Part shown: positions 45,315-56,426 of the stretch, piece after piece
How the letters are laid out: each line of letters begins with the position of its first letter
How positions within the stretch are numbered: position 1 is the stretch's first letter
Assembly (NCBI GenBank): GCA_963733675.1
Contig: CAVTET010000001.1
Location: 736,001 to 800,000 of the forward strand
Direction of reading: 5' to 3'
DNA length: 64,000 nucleotides
Origin: an uncultured Methanosarcinaceae archaeon
GTDB lineage: Archaea > Halobacteriota > Methanosarcinia > Methanosarcinales > Methanosarcinaceae
Program-made: the position numbers and the translations under genes
Notes under the pieces: generated by a model
What the model was told of the DNA's origin: nothing
The model's input: the letters and a program-made list of their open reading frames with translations, nothing else
The model's database searches: none

Positions 45315-46121
45315 AATTGGATAAACTTATCGCTACCATAATTTTGGAGCATGTTAACTTGAGCAGGCCATAGAAGCTAAGTATAGAGTACTCCAATTCA
45401 TCTATAATTTTTTCTCAAAGGAATCTTGTCCAAAATTTTCCCCGCCAATTTCTGTATTTACCCCGACTTTTTTCTAGATCATTATTCTTTGATTTTAAAG
45501 GTAGTTTCCACCATCCTTAAAATAATCTTTTTATTTTCAATATCATCAACTGATAGAGATTAAAATAAAGAGTTGTATATATCATTTTTGGATTCACTCT
45601 TTGAACAGTAGTGAAAAGGACTTTTCCTTCTTTGAATATCTATTTAGTTGCGCAGATACTCGTTCCTCTGGAGCGCTTCTTGAGCTGATTCTCTTTTTCT
45701 TTAACATGTATATATTCCAAAGGATATTCTTTTACTGCTCTTTTCATTGTCGCATCAAACCTTTTGATTTTATTCCAAAGTATTCTCTGTATATAAAACC
45801 AGTTCATTTTTTTCAGAAAAATATACTTTGGAATCAGGAAGTTAGAAGATTGTTGTTTTTACTCTTCTGATCAGTTCATAATCCCTTTCTATTATGATAT
45901 GAAATTTATATCAAAATTGTTAAGATATATAGATTCAAAAATGATAAGAAAAAATTTCCAATCAATTAAGAAATGAATTTCAGCAAGTTATTATCCAATT
46001 GACTGAAGATGTTTATATTCTTCTTTAAGAACCAAATAAGTAGGAGTTTTCATGAGCAAAAATTAATGTTAAATGATTTAAACTCTTCAATGCTCAATGC
46101 ATAGAAGTTTATAAAAATTCT
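45315..46121 (-). mobile_element. Second decayed IS5-group element with an internal deletion
   Basis: Fragments LKEEYKHLQSIG, LAEIHFLIDWK, ATMKRAVK, KVLFTTVQRVN, FNLYQL; 45940-46121 aligns with 36505-36690. Confidence 0.78.
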
Positions 46122-46508
46122 ACGGAGAATCGCTCTCATGACTTCGAGTTTTACTTGCTTATGGAATCTAATCGATGTGATTTTGCCTCAAAGCTTTCCT
46201 GCGGACAACGAGAAGCTGCAGATATCTGCTTACTGTATGAATGCTATCGGAGTTCACAGATCTTCTGAATAAGTTTGACTCATTTATATACAATTCTTTT
46301 CTGGGAATGAGTGATTTTGGGACAATTTCTATAAATTGAAGCTGGGCAGATGATTTCATAGGCTGCGAAATTGAATGCTTTTTCACGGATTCTTTATTTA
46401 GGGCATTGGGCTTAACGAGCTTGAATGCTAGGATATCTATACTTCGTTATTATTTCACCTCTTTAAGAAATCAGCGTTATAATTCTTGCTGAATAATAAG
46501 AGTGAATC

Positions 46509-47633
46509 TTATTCTTTTTTTTGCTCTTCACTTTCGGTTTTTTTTTCTATTCTCAAAGTTGTCATTCTTACAACTCCGGGACTTGAGGGAGGGGTATTTT
46601 TCTCACACTCTGCCCCAAGTTCGCACTCCACTACAATCCCACGGAGTAAGCGACCCAGAATATCAGAACCAGTTATAATCCTTTTCTCCTGACCCCAGTA
46701 GAGAATAAGGTCCTGGTCGATTACGTCATCTTCTGGGTATTGCGGAAACACCTTAAATTGCCGGATTACTCTTTCAAGCCTTGTCTTCGGAGATGTCACA
46801 ATAACTGGGGAATGGCAATAGGAAAGAGGGGTGAATGGACCTTTCTTGTAAACCGCATCACGAAGGAAATGGTCCGCATCAAGAACCATGACAGGTTCGC
46901 CAGTGGGACTGGTGATTATCACCCATTTCTTCCCAGAAGCTTCTATTTTCTGCAAAAAGGGATCAGATGGTTCCATGTTGAATGGAGGAAAAACTGGCCG
47001 ACTATTTTTGACAGGAAGAGATATTATGCTTCTTGGGTCTATTATCGAGCCTTCATCTGAAATACTAACGTCATCTATGGAAAGAAAGTTCAAGGCTCCT
47101 CTCCCTTCAAAGGCACTAATATCGGATTTTCCTGATTCTATATGCTTTTCGAGCATAATTCTCACAGCATGTTCCTTGAAGAGTTCAAGTTTTTCTTTCC
47201 CAAGCCACCAGTCAAGGATAAGAGCTGTTGGTTTGGCTACAGGATAGAGAATAAACTGATAGAAATAAATGAGAGGGGTTAGTTTTGCCCCAAGTGAGAG
47301 GGCATTTCGGGAAAAATAAGCTTGGGGTGCAATTTCTGCGAAACATGTGATCCCAAAGGTCGAAAAGAGGAAAGCTGATGCTCCTGTCATTACAGAGTCT
47401 GTAAGCAGGGTAATCAGGACATTTATGCCTATATTTCCCCAGAGCAATGTGGTAAGCAAAAAATTTGAATCCTTTCGGATCTGTAGGATTTTTATAGCTT
47501 CTTTATTGTTTGCCTCGGCCTCGATTTCGAGCTTAAGTCTACCAAGGCCAAAAATTCCAATAGTCAGCCCGGCAAAAATGGCGGACTGAATCAGGCAGAG
47601 TATTATTAATATCCAAGTAATTATTTCATTCAT
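46509..47633 (-). CDS. DUF21/CNNM-domain membrane protein
   Basis: QSAIFAGLTIG, NFLLTTLLWGN, AEIAPQAYF, YPVAKP. Confidence 0.85.
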   Translation of the reverse strand: MNEIITWILIILCLIQSAIFAGLTIGIFGLGRLKLEIEAEANNKEAIKILQIRKDSNFLLTTLLWGNIGINVLITLLTDSVMTGASAFLFSTFGITCFAEIAPQAYFSRNALSLGAKLTPLIYFYQFILYPVAKPTALILDWWLGKEKLELFKEHAVRIMLEKHIESGKSDISAFEGRGALNFLSIDDVSISDEGSIIDPRSIISLPVKNSRPVFPPFNMEPSDPFLQKIEASGKKWVIITSPTGEPVMVLDADHFLRDAVYKKGPFTPLSYCHSPVIVTSPKTRLERVIRQFKVFPQYPEDDVIDQDLILYWGQEKRIITGSDILGRLLRGIVVECELGAECEKNTPPSSPGVVRMTTLRIEKKTESEEQKKE

Positions 47634-47929
47634 TATGAGTCTATAACCTCTATAATATTCATCTAAGCTTCATCAAATGCCTTAGCCTAGTCGATCACTC
47701 TTTTGTATTTAAGATAAATATGATCTAAGAGCCTTGATTTTAGTAAATTTAATCTTATATTTCACTACTATTTAAATAATTAACTTTTTGTAAATTTTCT
47801 GCATTTTTAAAGACCCTATTGGCAAGTTTCAATATATCTTTAATTTAAGTTTTAATACCCTATTCCTTCTTGTTATGAGTAAATAGAGTCGTAATTAATT
47901 GTTTATCATATAAATAATTTCATTTCAAA

Positions 47930-47988
47930 ATCAAAGTTATGGTATTAAATACAGGTACATGCGACTGGTGTGACACCATAACTTTGAT
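47930..47988. other. Hairpin with a 14-bp perfect stem upstream of the DUF21 gene
   Basis: ATCAAAGTTATGGT ... ACCATAACTTTGAT. Confidence 0.5.
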
Positions 47989-48278
47989 GTTATGGTTATG
48001 TCATTTGGTTACTTTATCCGTAAGCTCAAACATGGCAATGTATTGTTATTCTTAAATATTATTAAAATATTTACCTAATTATGGTAAGACAAAATCTATA
48101 AAATACATACTTTAGTAAATTATAAAACAGATTTAATATATAATTTAACACTGGATTATTTTCTATAAAATCATCAATATACACAAACAAGTTCTTAAAT
48201 AGAAAAATATCGTATCTCAAGAACCAATTTCATGAGGTGAGCAAAAATTTGATTTGAATTCACAGTAAATTCGCACCA

Positions 48279-49637
48279 CTATCCAGTTATAAGATAGTAA
48301 AAGACCACTGATATTCCTGCACCTGCAAAAGTTGCCAGAAAATTGACTCCGCTGTTTGAAAGCATCCCATTTTTTTGAAGCGTAGCTCCAAGGAGGCTGT
48401 CCACATTAGTACCAAAAAAACCACCGACAGTTGCAATCCCGACTGAAAGTAAAAGGTTATCAGACACCCCTAAGACGTAGGCAAGCAGTCCTATCATCGC
48501 AGAGGCAAAAATTGAAGAAATTTCGCCAAGTAAGGAAACAGCTCCATCAGTTCCAGGTTTTGCAAACTTAAGAGTTGTAATCATCCTTGGTCTTTCTTTT
48601 GATGTTGTCCCAATTTCACTTGCTAGGGTATCACCGGTAGCAGTTGCAATCGTGCCCAGATATGCATAAACGATCGGAAGACTATGTTCCGGAAAAATTC
48701 CAGATGCTATTGCCAGGATTAGGGCTGCAGTGCTGTTTGAAAATACATTTTCATAACTGCGGATTCCTTCCTTAGTCTGTGCAATTCCTATGGATTTTTT
48801 GTATTTATACTTATATCTGGTAAATCCTCCTCCCAGAATAAAAAAAATTAACAGAAGCAGGAACCAGGAAAGATCGGTGAAGACAATTATTAAGGCTCCA
48901 AGTAGGGCAGCACTTAGAAGAGCCGAAATGTCGGCAATTTTCGCCCTGTAGGCAAGTACGCCAAGGAAAAAAGAGAAGGTGACAGCTATTAGCATTTTTT
49001 CCGGAGGGACCCAGTATCTAAACTCTTCAAAGATCCACATAGTCATCCCTACACCCAATGGTACCGATATATTTCTTTCTATTCTGGATGGAATCGACTC
49101 GAAAAGAGAGCCTGTGACTGCTCCTATTACGGCTATGAAGAATACCATATTATATGAAACCGAAATCTTCTCCCAGTAAACGATCCAGCCCGCCGCAAGA
49201 AATGCCGCAACAATACGAATCCCCAGGACAGCCGAACTCAAGAATATTGAGAAATTTCTCTTTTTAATCCTGCTACATTTTGGCTTAAAATCAGAATCAT
49301 ACTCTTTTTCCACAAAAGAATAATTATGGTTTCCGATTGCTGCAACTGCAAACGCGGCAAATACGATATATAACGGATACGTGTATGAAGAATTCCCTGA
49401 AATAAAGGATACAAATAGCATCAAAGATAGGGAAAAACAGAGACTAATGACTTCCCTGTAGTTGTTAATATAATTTCCTGAAAACCTGATAGCTAGGAAA
49501 AGTATGATTGACAGAAGAAAAACAAGATTAGTCCCCGCAAAAGGGGCTATTAGAACGAGTAGAAGATATAGTGTGGGGATTACAGGAATTCCATGGTAGA
49601 AATCCTCTTTTTTGAAAGTCATGGTAGCTTTGTTCAT
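48279..49637 (-). CDS. DUF92 (TIGR00297-like) integral membrane protein; start approximate
   Basis: RSYENVFSN, ATATGDTLASEIG, PGTDGAVS, DSLLGATLQ, NSGVN. Confidence 0.85.
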   Translation of the reverse strand: MNKATMTFKKEDFYHGIPVIPTLYLLLVLIAPFAGTNLVFLLSIILFLAIRFSGNYINNYREVISLCFSLSLMLFVSFISGNSSYTYPLYIVFAAFAVAAIGNHNYSFVEKEYDSDFKPKCSRIKKRNFSIFLSSAVLGIRIVAAFLAAGWIVYWEKISVSYNMVFFIAVIGAVTGSLFESIPSRIERNISVPLGVGMTMWIFEEFRYWVPPEKMLIAVTFSFFLGVLAYRAKIADISALLSAALLGALIIVFTDLSWFLLLLIFFILGGGFTRYKYKYKKSIGIAQTKEGIRSYENVFSNSTAALILAIASGIFPEHSLPIVYAYLGTIATATGDTLASEIGTTSKERPRMITTLKFAKPGTDGAVSLLGEISSIFASAMIGLLAYVLGVSDNLLLSVGIATVGGFFGTNVDSLLGATLQKNGMLSNSGVNFLATFAGAGISVVFYYLITG

Positions 49638-50544
49638 ATAAGACATCTTTTGCTTTTTTATACTTTCCAGGGAAACTAAACCGAATGGATTTTTCTTTGT
49701 AGAATAAATAGTTGTTTTTCTTTCACGTTTTATCCAGAAATACTTTCGCTTCGAAAGTTGTTTCATCTTATTTATATTTTCACAATTTAAATAACTCCAT
49801 GTGTTATATATTAGTAGGCTCAGCATACCGCTTAGTCTATGAATCATAAAACTTTTTAGTATCTTCTGGCTGCCAAAATTTATTATTAACTCCACTAGAA
49901 ATTTATTATAATCAATTCTATAACTTAACAGCAACAGGCCCAAAAAATAGTTACACACAAACTTTTTCGATATTATACTAATTTGATTTATATTTTCGTT
50001 GGCTTATGTATTAAATTGTTGCCAATTTGGAATTTTTTGTTTTACTCCCAAACCAAAAAAATCATGTTTCTGATTTTTTTCTTCTATTTTTCAGAACTTG
50101 TCAGCAAGATCTTTTCTCTTTTATTCATCCATTATCCGTTATATTTGTGACTCAGTATTGCAGTTCTTCGTTTTTCTAACCATCTAAAATAATCTAAATC
50201 AATATGCCTACAGATGGACCCCGATTTCTTTGTTAGAGATTTCAACTTTTTTGAGTGGTATATTTCTCGTATCATCAGCATTCATCAAACCATTTATTAA
50301 GAAATTAAAGCCAATTTATCCACTTTTGTGCTTACCTAAATAAGGACAAATTGAGATATTCATACTAATTTTCAACAGCAAGAACCATCCAGATAGGAAA
50401 GCATATGAAAGCATATATTAGTGTTAGGAGTGATGTAATATGTTATTATTTTGGTTTACATTTTGGTTGGTCTAACGTAACTAAGAACATCAATCTTGAT
50501 TTATTTTTTAAAGTAATTATGTAATAATATCAAAGAGGGGAACT

Positions 50545-51216
50545 ATGAAAATAGTTGGTATACAGTCAAGCCCACGGGGCAAACAGAGTAATACTTTAAA
50601 ATTGCTGGATGCAGCCCTGAACGGAGCTTTAGAAGTCGGAGCTGAAGTCGAAGCTATCGACGTTACGAAGCTAAATATTAAATATTGTACTGCCTGCGAT
50701 TCCTGCCATGAGACAGGGGTATGCTCAATAAAAGATGATTTCAATATCGTGCTGGAAAAGTTATTGGCTGCAGATGGTCTAATATGGAGCAGCCCTAATT
50801 ACATAAAAAATGTGACAGCCCAGCTCAAGACACTGTTCGATAGAAGTCCACTTATCGTTCATGAACAGCTCTTTGATGGAAAATATGGTTTTTCCTTGAC
50901 AACTGCAGGTAGTGGGGAAGTGGATTTTGTCCTTGACACTATGAACAACTATATGATAAATTGCGGGGGCATCATCATAGGAGGAGTGGGCTGCACAATA
51001 GCGCAGGGTCCTTCAGCATTGTTAGGAGCCATTGAAAAATCGCAAGAAATGGGCAAAGATCTTGTTGAAGCAATCAAAAAGAAAAGGCAATACTCTGAGC
51101 AGGAAGATGCACATAAAGCATGGAGAGAAAGGTTCAAGTATGTCCTCATTGCCAATAAAGACCATTGGACGCATAACTGCGATTATTGGGCTGAAAAAGG
51201 CTGGATCCAAGAATAG
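50545..51216 (+). CDS. Flavodoxin-fold iron-sulfur flavoprotein / FMN reductase family
   Basis: SSPR..SNT, CTACDSCHETGVCSIKDD, SPNY, LKTLFDR. Confidence 0.9.
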   Translation: MKIVGIQSSPRGKQSNTLKLLDAALNGALEVGAEVEAIDVTKLNIKYCTACDSCHETGVCSIKDDFNIVLEKLLAADGLIWSSPNYIKNVTAQLKTLFDRSPLIVHEQLFDGKYGFSLTTAGSGEVDFVLDTMNNYMINCGGIIIGGVGCTIAQGPSALLGAIEKSQEMGKDLVEAIKKKRQYSEQEDAHKAWRERFKYVLIANKDHWTHNCDYWAEKGWIQE

Positions 51217-51259
51217 CTTATTGAGAAAGTGATTGCATAGCATCAACAGATTCACTAAA

Positions 51260-51889
51260 CGTTATAAATTTTGGAAAAAATATCGAATATTGTGGGTTGA
51301 AATTCCGTTCACTACTCAGAATTCAGGGATGGCAGCCAATTGAGCTGTCGCAGAAATAAACTGGAATCCAAGATCAAGTGTAGTTTCTTTTAGTCACATG
51401 TTCTCCAGACAGTACGCAAAAGACTGCTGTTCTACCAGGGTAAATCTTTCTTTTCGTCTATTAAGAAGAAGTGGGGAGCTAGGCAAACATCCGAAAACCG
51501 TCTATATTTTCTTGAACATCGTAAGCTGTTTTACAAACAGCTGACACGTTAGATGAGCTGTGAATCATTCTCCATAGCACTTTCAAGCTGGGAATTTATT
51601 GTCGGGCCATCTTCGAAGTTAAGGAGGATGTAGTTATCATACATTTAGATCCCTTTTCGTGACGAAAAATCTACGGAAACTTAAAATTTCTGTGTTATTA
51701 CGAGCATCTCACCAAAAAAGGAACATAAAGACCTACATTTTCAATCCTTCAACATTGGTCGAAAAGTTTGCAATTTTAAGATTTCATCTCTATGTAAATT
51801 TAAGGCAGAGACATTGAAGAACGTTATTTCAAAAACATAACTCAGAGGATTTCTATATAGCCATTTTTTTTCCCGTCTTTTCTTGTCAT
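51260..51889 (-). pseudogene. Nitroreductase-family pseudogene
   Basis: Fragments VEQQSFAYCLENM*LKETTLDLGFQFISATAQLA and FRRFFV; ATG at 51889; many lesions. Confidence 0.55.
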
Positions 51890-51977
51890 AGAATTTTGAG
51901 TGACTTAAGCGTGAAGATTTATTTTCGAAACTGTTACTTCTTCTAAAAAGTGTAATTTATCCGTGTGTTCGCTATAG

Positions 51978-52576
51978 TTACTTTAAATTGTTATTTCTCA
52001 ACAGGTCTGTTGCTTTAATAAGCAAGTTTTCAGAGCCTTTGTCACTGATCTTCTTAGCTGGAACACCAGCTATACTTATATTTTTCTCGTGGAATGACTT
52101 ATTCACGACAGAATTGGCACCTATGGCTATTCCATCGGCAATTACAACATCTCCAAAAATTTTTACACCAGGCCCGATGTAAACATTTTCCCCAATTTTA
52201 GGGGCGACATCGATGTATTTTCCTGCTTTTATACCAATACTAGTACAAACATGTATTCTACAATTTGCTCCAATTCTAGCATATCGACTGACGACAATAG
52301 TGCCTCTATGACCAATAGATAACCCAGGCCCAAAAACATTAGGAGGGATGCTAAATCCAAGAAGAACGCTCAAAACAAAAAATTTGAAATATGTATATAT
52401 ATAAATTATTTTGTAAATCTTCGATTGCTTACAATTATGATAATATTCAACTTTTCTTAATAATTTTTCAAAAGTCCAAATTTCATCTATAACAATTCCG
52501 ATTTTTTTTTTTTTCGGCCTAATGCAATTCTATCAGCCTCTAGATAATATTTATAATCATCTTTTGATTTTATCAT
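51978..52576 (-). pseudogene. Serine-acetyltransferase-like (hexapeptide) O-acetyltransferase, frameshifted only at an A13 tract
   Basis: MIKSKDDYKYYLEADRIALGRKKK then a +1 shift to IGIVIDEIWTFEKLLRK...FSIPPNVFGPGLSI...IGENVYIGPG...IGANSVV...AGVPAK. Confidence 0.82.
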
Positions 52577-53016
52577 AGTATCTCTCAAATTGTTTTTTCC
52601 AATTATCTCCCGACTTCATTAATTCCCTGGAAAATTCTCTGCTTATGTAATAATTTCTTGTTATTTAGTCTTCATTTCTATTAATGAGTATTGAGAATGC
52701 TGGTCTAAATACTGATTCTTTCTACGAATGCTCCAATACCTTGTTTTTTTAGCTCCTTGAAGTCTTTTTCATCATATTTTCTGTTCTTATTGCAGTCGAA
52801 TACCCTTAGCTTGCTGCGTGGATGGACCTTCCCAAGGCAAATAAAGAACTGAAAATAGAGCTCGAGTATAATTAGAAGAAATAAAAATGGCTAGTAAATT
52901 TACTCCGACTGAAAAAGAAGAATCGATATTCGATACGTGACATCGCCACGGTTTTTTAGTAGGTTAGGACTTTAGATGTCAGTCCAAGATTTTAGGTGTG
53001 AAAGAACTTAAGGTAC

Positions 53017-53091
53017 AAGCCCTGTTTATCAAAAGTCATTTATATACCATTTATAAGCATATGACAAGATTTAGAGGTTTATCGAGATCTC
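53017..53091 (-). mobile_element. ~85-bp MITE, family A, copy 11 (left end eroded)
   Basis: TTTATAAGCATATGACAAGATTTAGAGGTTTATCGAGATC. Confidence 0.78.
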
Positions 53092-53166
53092 CTATAAAAT
53101 CAGTTATCTCGAGCAAAGCGAAAAGAGCAGCATATGGCAAAGTTACTAATGGTACAACTTTGATAA

Positions 53167-54150
53167 TTACGCTTTATTATGGGTTTCCTTTCGTTCCTCT
53201 ATGAAATTAAGGAGTTCTTGAGAATCACTTATCCTGTCAAGTTCCTTCTTTTCGATCAAAACTGTATTTTCCACGGATTTAATTTTGGAACATCCATTGA
53301 TAATAAAAACTGATTGTGTCTTTGTAACAGAGGAAATGCTGCTCATCAGGCTAGCACGTTTGATTATGGTTGTGTTGAATTCGCTGACTCCTGTGAGGAT
53401 AACTGAAGACTTATCCCTTGAAACAGCTTTAAAAGGCGCCTGAGCTGTGGGAAGAACATCATATCCAAGAGTGGAAATCATATTAAGGATCAAATCTTCC
53501 GGTAAAAGCATGCATGATTTTTTCTGAGTTTCTAACCCGGCTTCTGTCTTTTTCCTGGACTTTCTATTCCCACAAGATTTTAGAATATTTATGGGCCTTG
53601 CCAGCTCAACCTCAAAGATATCTTCTAACTGGAGCAGGATACCAATAGAAGTGTCCATTCCTTCTTCCTCATACTTACTAATAGTTCTCCTTGAAACACC
53701 TACCGTTGCAGCAAGAGCCCCTAGAGACATCGAATGATTAATCCTAGCTTTTTTGAGGGTGCCTCCCTCGATTGAAACATATAGTCCACCGGGGGCTGCC
53801 GAAACTAACGGTGGAATGTTTTCAATAAAGTAGTCGTGAAGAGTACTAACATTAAGGGCAAGAATATCATAACGCATGTATACAACGCTATCTTCAAGCA
53901 TCTGATCTCTGGTCTTGGCCCCCACGACAATAGCAGCACCTCCAATATACTCGGCCAGGTATTTCATCTCCCTGGCAGTTTCTTCATTCAGGCCGTCAAT
54001 ATTAAATAATACCTTGCAAAATAGTAGTATTTCACCTTTCCGTGCAGCGACGTCGAAACTTCTCGGACGAATGTTGCAGCGGTCAGAGAGTGAAAAGCCT
54101 GCACGTGACAACACATCAATAATTTGATGCATGAGATCCTCTTTTGACAT
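53167..54150 (-). CDS. Conserved archaeal HTH (Cro/CI-type) transcriptional regulator, divergent from tiaS
   Basis: RSFDVAAR, APGGLYV, MSLGALAATVGVSRRTISKYE, APFKAVS. Confidence 0.85.
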   Translation of the reverse strand: MSKEDLMHQIIDVLSRAGFSLSDRCNIRPRSFDVAARKGEILLFCKVLFNIDGLNEETAREMKYLAEYIGGAAIVVGAKTRDQMLEDSVVYMRYDILALNVSTLHDYFIENIPPLVSAAPGGLYVSIEGGTLKKARINHSMSLGALAATVGVSRRTISKYEEEGMDTSIGILLQLEDIFEVELARPINILKSCGNRKSRKKTEAGLETQKKSCMLLPEDLILNMISTLGYDVLPTAQAPFKAVSRDKSSVILTGVSEFNTTIIKRASLMSSISSVTKTQSVFIINGCSKIKSVENTVLIEKKELDRISDSQELLNFIEERKETHNKA

Positions 54151-54296
54151 TCAGTATTTATTTCTGTTTGATCATCTATATACATGTTGCTAGTTAGCGA
54201 TACTCTAAAGTGTGAAAATAATTAAGTGATAACAAAAATGCAGCTATCTAGAACTGGTTGCATAAAGTATTAAGAAAAAGATTGAAAAGACAAAAA

Positions 54297-55583
54297 ATGA
54301 TTATCGGAATTGATGATACCGACTCAAATGAAGGAATGTGCACCACATACTTGGGAGCTGTGCTTCTTGAAGAACTGCAGATATATGGGATTGTTGAAAC
54401 TCTTCCTTTCCTTGTACGCCTTAACCCTACCATTCCTTATAAAACAAGAGGAAATGCTGCAATAGCCCTGAAGCTTAAAACAAACTGCCCCGAAAAAGCA
54501 ATTGCCTATATTTTGTCCAGAATAGAAGAACTTGCACATATGGATTGTGAAAAAACCAATCCAGGAGTTGTTTTTATCCTGGAAAAAGAATGTGAGAACC
54601 TCAAGCTTGCCCTCAAGAATTTTTTAACAGAGGCTATAGTTGATGTAATTGAGATACAGAAGGCAAAAAACATTATCTCGAAACATGGAATTCACTCAAA
54701 GGGTTTCAAAAACGGAAGAGGACTTATAGGTGCTCTTGCAGCATGTGGAGCCATGCTGAATCCTGAAGAAATGGATTACACTTTCGAGCATTTGGCATAC
54801 AGACGGAAGGAAAAATATGGGACTCCACGAAAAGTATATAAGGAAAGTTTCTTTGAAGCTGACAGAGAAACATACCCTAAAACATGGGATACTGTGGATC
54901 TCACAAACAAGGTTGTAGTCTGCATACCTCACTCGTTTGATCCAGTACTCTTTGGAATCAGGGGAGAAAATCCGGAAATCGTTACTAAAGCTGCAGGGAT
55001 CATCAGGTCTGAACCTGTTGAACGCTTTGCTGTATATAGGACAAACCAGGGCACTGATATGCACCTTCTGCCTGCAACAAACATTGCTGAAATCCGAAAT
55101 ATGCATTCTTACAAGCTTGAGGGAACTGTTTCAGCAGCTCCGAATACTATCAATGGAGGACATGTCATTTTCCCTCTTAGGGATGGTAGTGGAGAAGAGA
55201 TCGACTGTGCAGCCTTTGAGCCTACCAAAAACTTCAGGGTAATTGTTAGGCGGCTCATGTCAGGAGATAGAGTCATACTTTCGGGAAGTGTCAGCTCAGG
55301 GACGCTGAACATTGAAAAAATGGAAATTAAATATCTTGTGCCTCTTTATGCCGAAGAAAATCCAAAATGTCCTAACTGCGGAAAGCATATGAAATCTGCA
55401 GGACAAGGGCAGGGTTTACGCTGTAAAAAATGTAGGATAAGAACCCCCTCAAAAATCAGATATGAAGTAAAACGAGATATTGAGGTAGGACTTTACGAGG
55501 TTCCACCCTGTGCCAGAAGGCACCTCGCAAAACCGTTAGTCAGGGAAAAGCGATCTGAAACTAGAGTCTATCCTTCCCGATAA
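54297..55583 (+). CDS. tiaS: tRNA(Ile2) agmatinylcytidine synthetase
   Basis: IGIDDTDS..GMCTTY, RLNP.IPYKTRGN, PVLFGIRG, TNQGTD, AAFEPTK, Zn ribbon, ARRHLAKP. Confidence 0.95.
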   Translation: MIIGIDDTDSNEGMCTTYLGAVLLEELQIYGIVETLPFLVRLNPTIPYKTRGNAAIALKLKTNCPEKAIAYILSRIEELAHMDCEKTNPGVVFILEKECENLKLALKNFLTEAIVDVIEIQKAKNIISKHGIHSKGFKNGRGLIGALAACGAMLNPEEMDYTFEHLAYRRKEKYGTPRKVYKESFFEADRETYPKTWDTVDLTNKVVVCIPHSFDPVLFGIRGENPEIVTKAAGIIRSEPVERFAVYRTNQGTDMHLLPATNIAEIRNMHSYKLEGTVSAAPNTINGGHVIFPLRDGSGEEIDCAAFEPTKNFRVIVRRLMSGDRVILSGSVSSGTLNIEKMEIKYLVPLYAEENPKCPNCGKHMKSAGQGQGLRCKKCRIRTPSKIRYEVKRDIEVGLYEVPPCARRHLAKPLVREKRSETRVYPSR

Positions 55584-55655
55584 AAGGAATGATCGAAAAC
55601 TGAATTCTTAAGTTTCTTGAGCATCTCTTATTTTCTCATATTATCTGTAACCAGA

Positions 55656-56426
55656 TTAGCATATTTCAGGGACAGGTGGAATTTTTCTTTTATGCTCGCT
55701 TCTCTCGATGCGCTTCATTACGGAGTTCAGTTGCTCTAGGGAAACTCCAACGGTACTCATAATTATTTCAGGAGCTTTATTTTGTTCAAGCATCATTAGT
55801 ACATTATCCAGCTTTATATAAGAAATCCCAAGTTCATCTTCATCTGTTTGGCCTGTCCAGAGGCCTGCAGACGGTTTTTTGGCAATAATAAATTCCGGAA
55901 TCCTTACCCTGCGAGAGAGTTCCCAAACTTCTGTCTTGTAAAGCCTGGCTATAGGTTCAAGATCAACTCCTCCGTCTCCGTATTTAGTGTAATAGCCAAG
56001 AATAATTTCAGTTTTGTTGCTTGTTCCCATGACCAGGCGATTCATCTGGTTTGCATGAAAATAAAGAAGAGACATCCTTATCCTTGTTTTCAAGTTACCT
56101 TTGCTGAGCTTGTCAGCAGATTCGCTCTCAGGAATTGCAGCCATAAAAGCCGAAATAATTCCTGAAATATCAATTGTCCTAACATCGATCCCAAGCCAGT
56201 CTGCGAGAGCTTTCACTTCTCTGTTATCTGTAGAATGGGTTAGGCCGAATTCAGGCATGTGGATTCCGAGTACTTTATCCTTTCCGAGGGCTTTTACGGT
56301 AAGTGTTGCTGTAAGAGCTGAATCTATTCCTCCACTAATACCTATAACAACCCCATTAGCATCTGCTTTATCAGTTTCATTCCGGATAAAATCAATAATT
56401 TTATTTTGCATTATTTCAAGTTTCAT
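55656..56426 (-). CDS. nadE: NH3-dependent NAD+ synthetase
   Basis: GISGGIDS, GNLKTRIRM, GYYTKYGDGG, KKPSAGLW, SEHKR. Confidence 0.95.
   Translation of the reverse strand: MKLEIMQNKIIDFIRNETDKADANGVVIGISGGIDSALTATLTVKALGKDKVLGIHMPEFGLTHSTDNREVKALADWLGIDVRTIDISGIISAFMAAIPESESADKLSKGNLKTRIRMSLLYFHANQMNRLVMGTSNKTEIILGYYTKYGDGGVDLEPIARLYKTEVWELSRRVRIPEFIIAKKPSAGLWTGQTDEDELGISYIKLDNVLMMLEQNKAPEIIMSTVGVSLEQLNSVMKRIERSEHKRKIPPVPEIC

Noticed and set aside
44887-46121. Integrated element at tRNA-Pro
   Set aside because: No integrase and no duplicated tRNA end seen; the flanks are MITEs and an IS5 remnant.
49638-49958. N-terminal ~107 aa of the 559-aa DUF92 ORF
   Set aside because: AT-rich, low-complexity extension from an alternative start codon; the true start is probably near 49637-49646.
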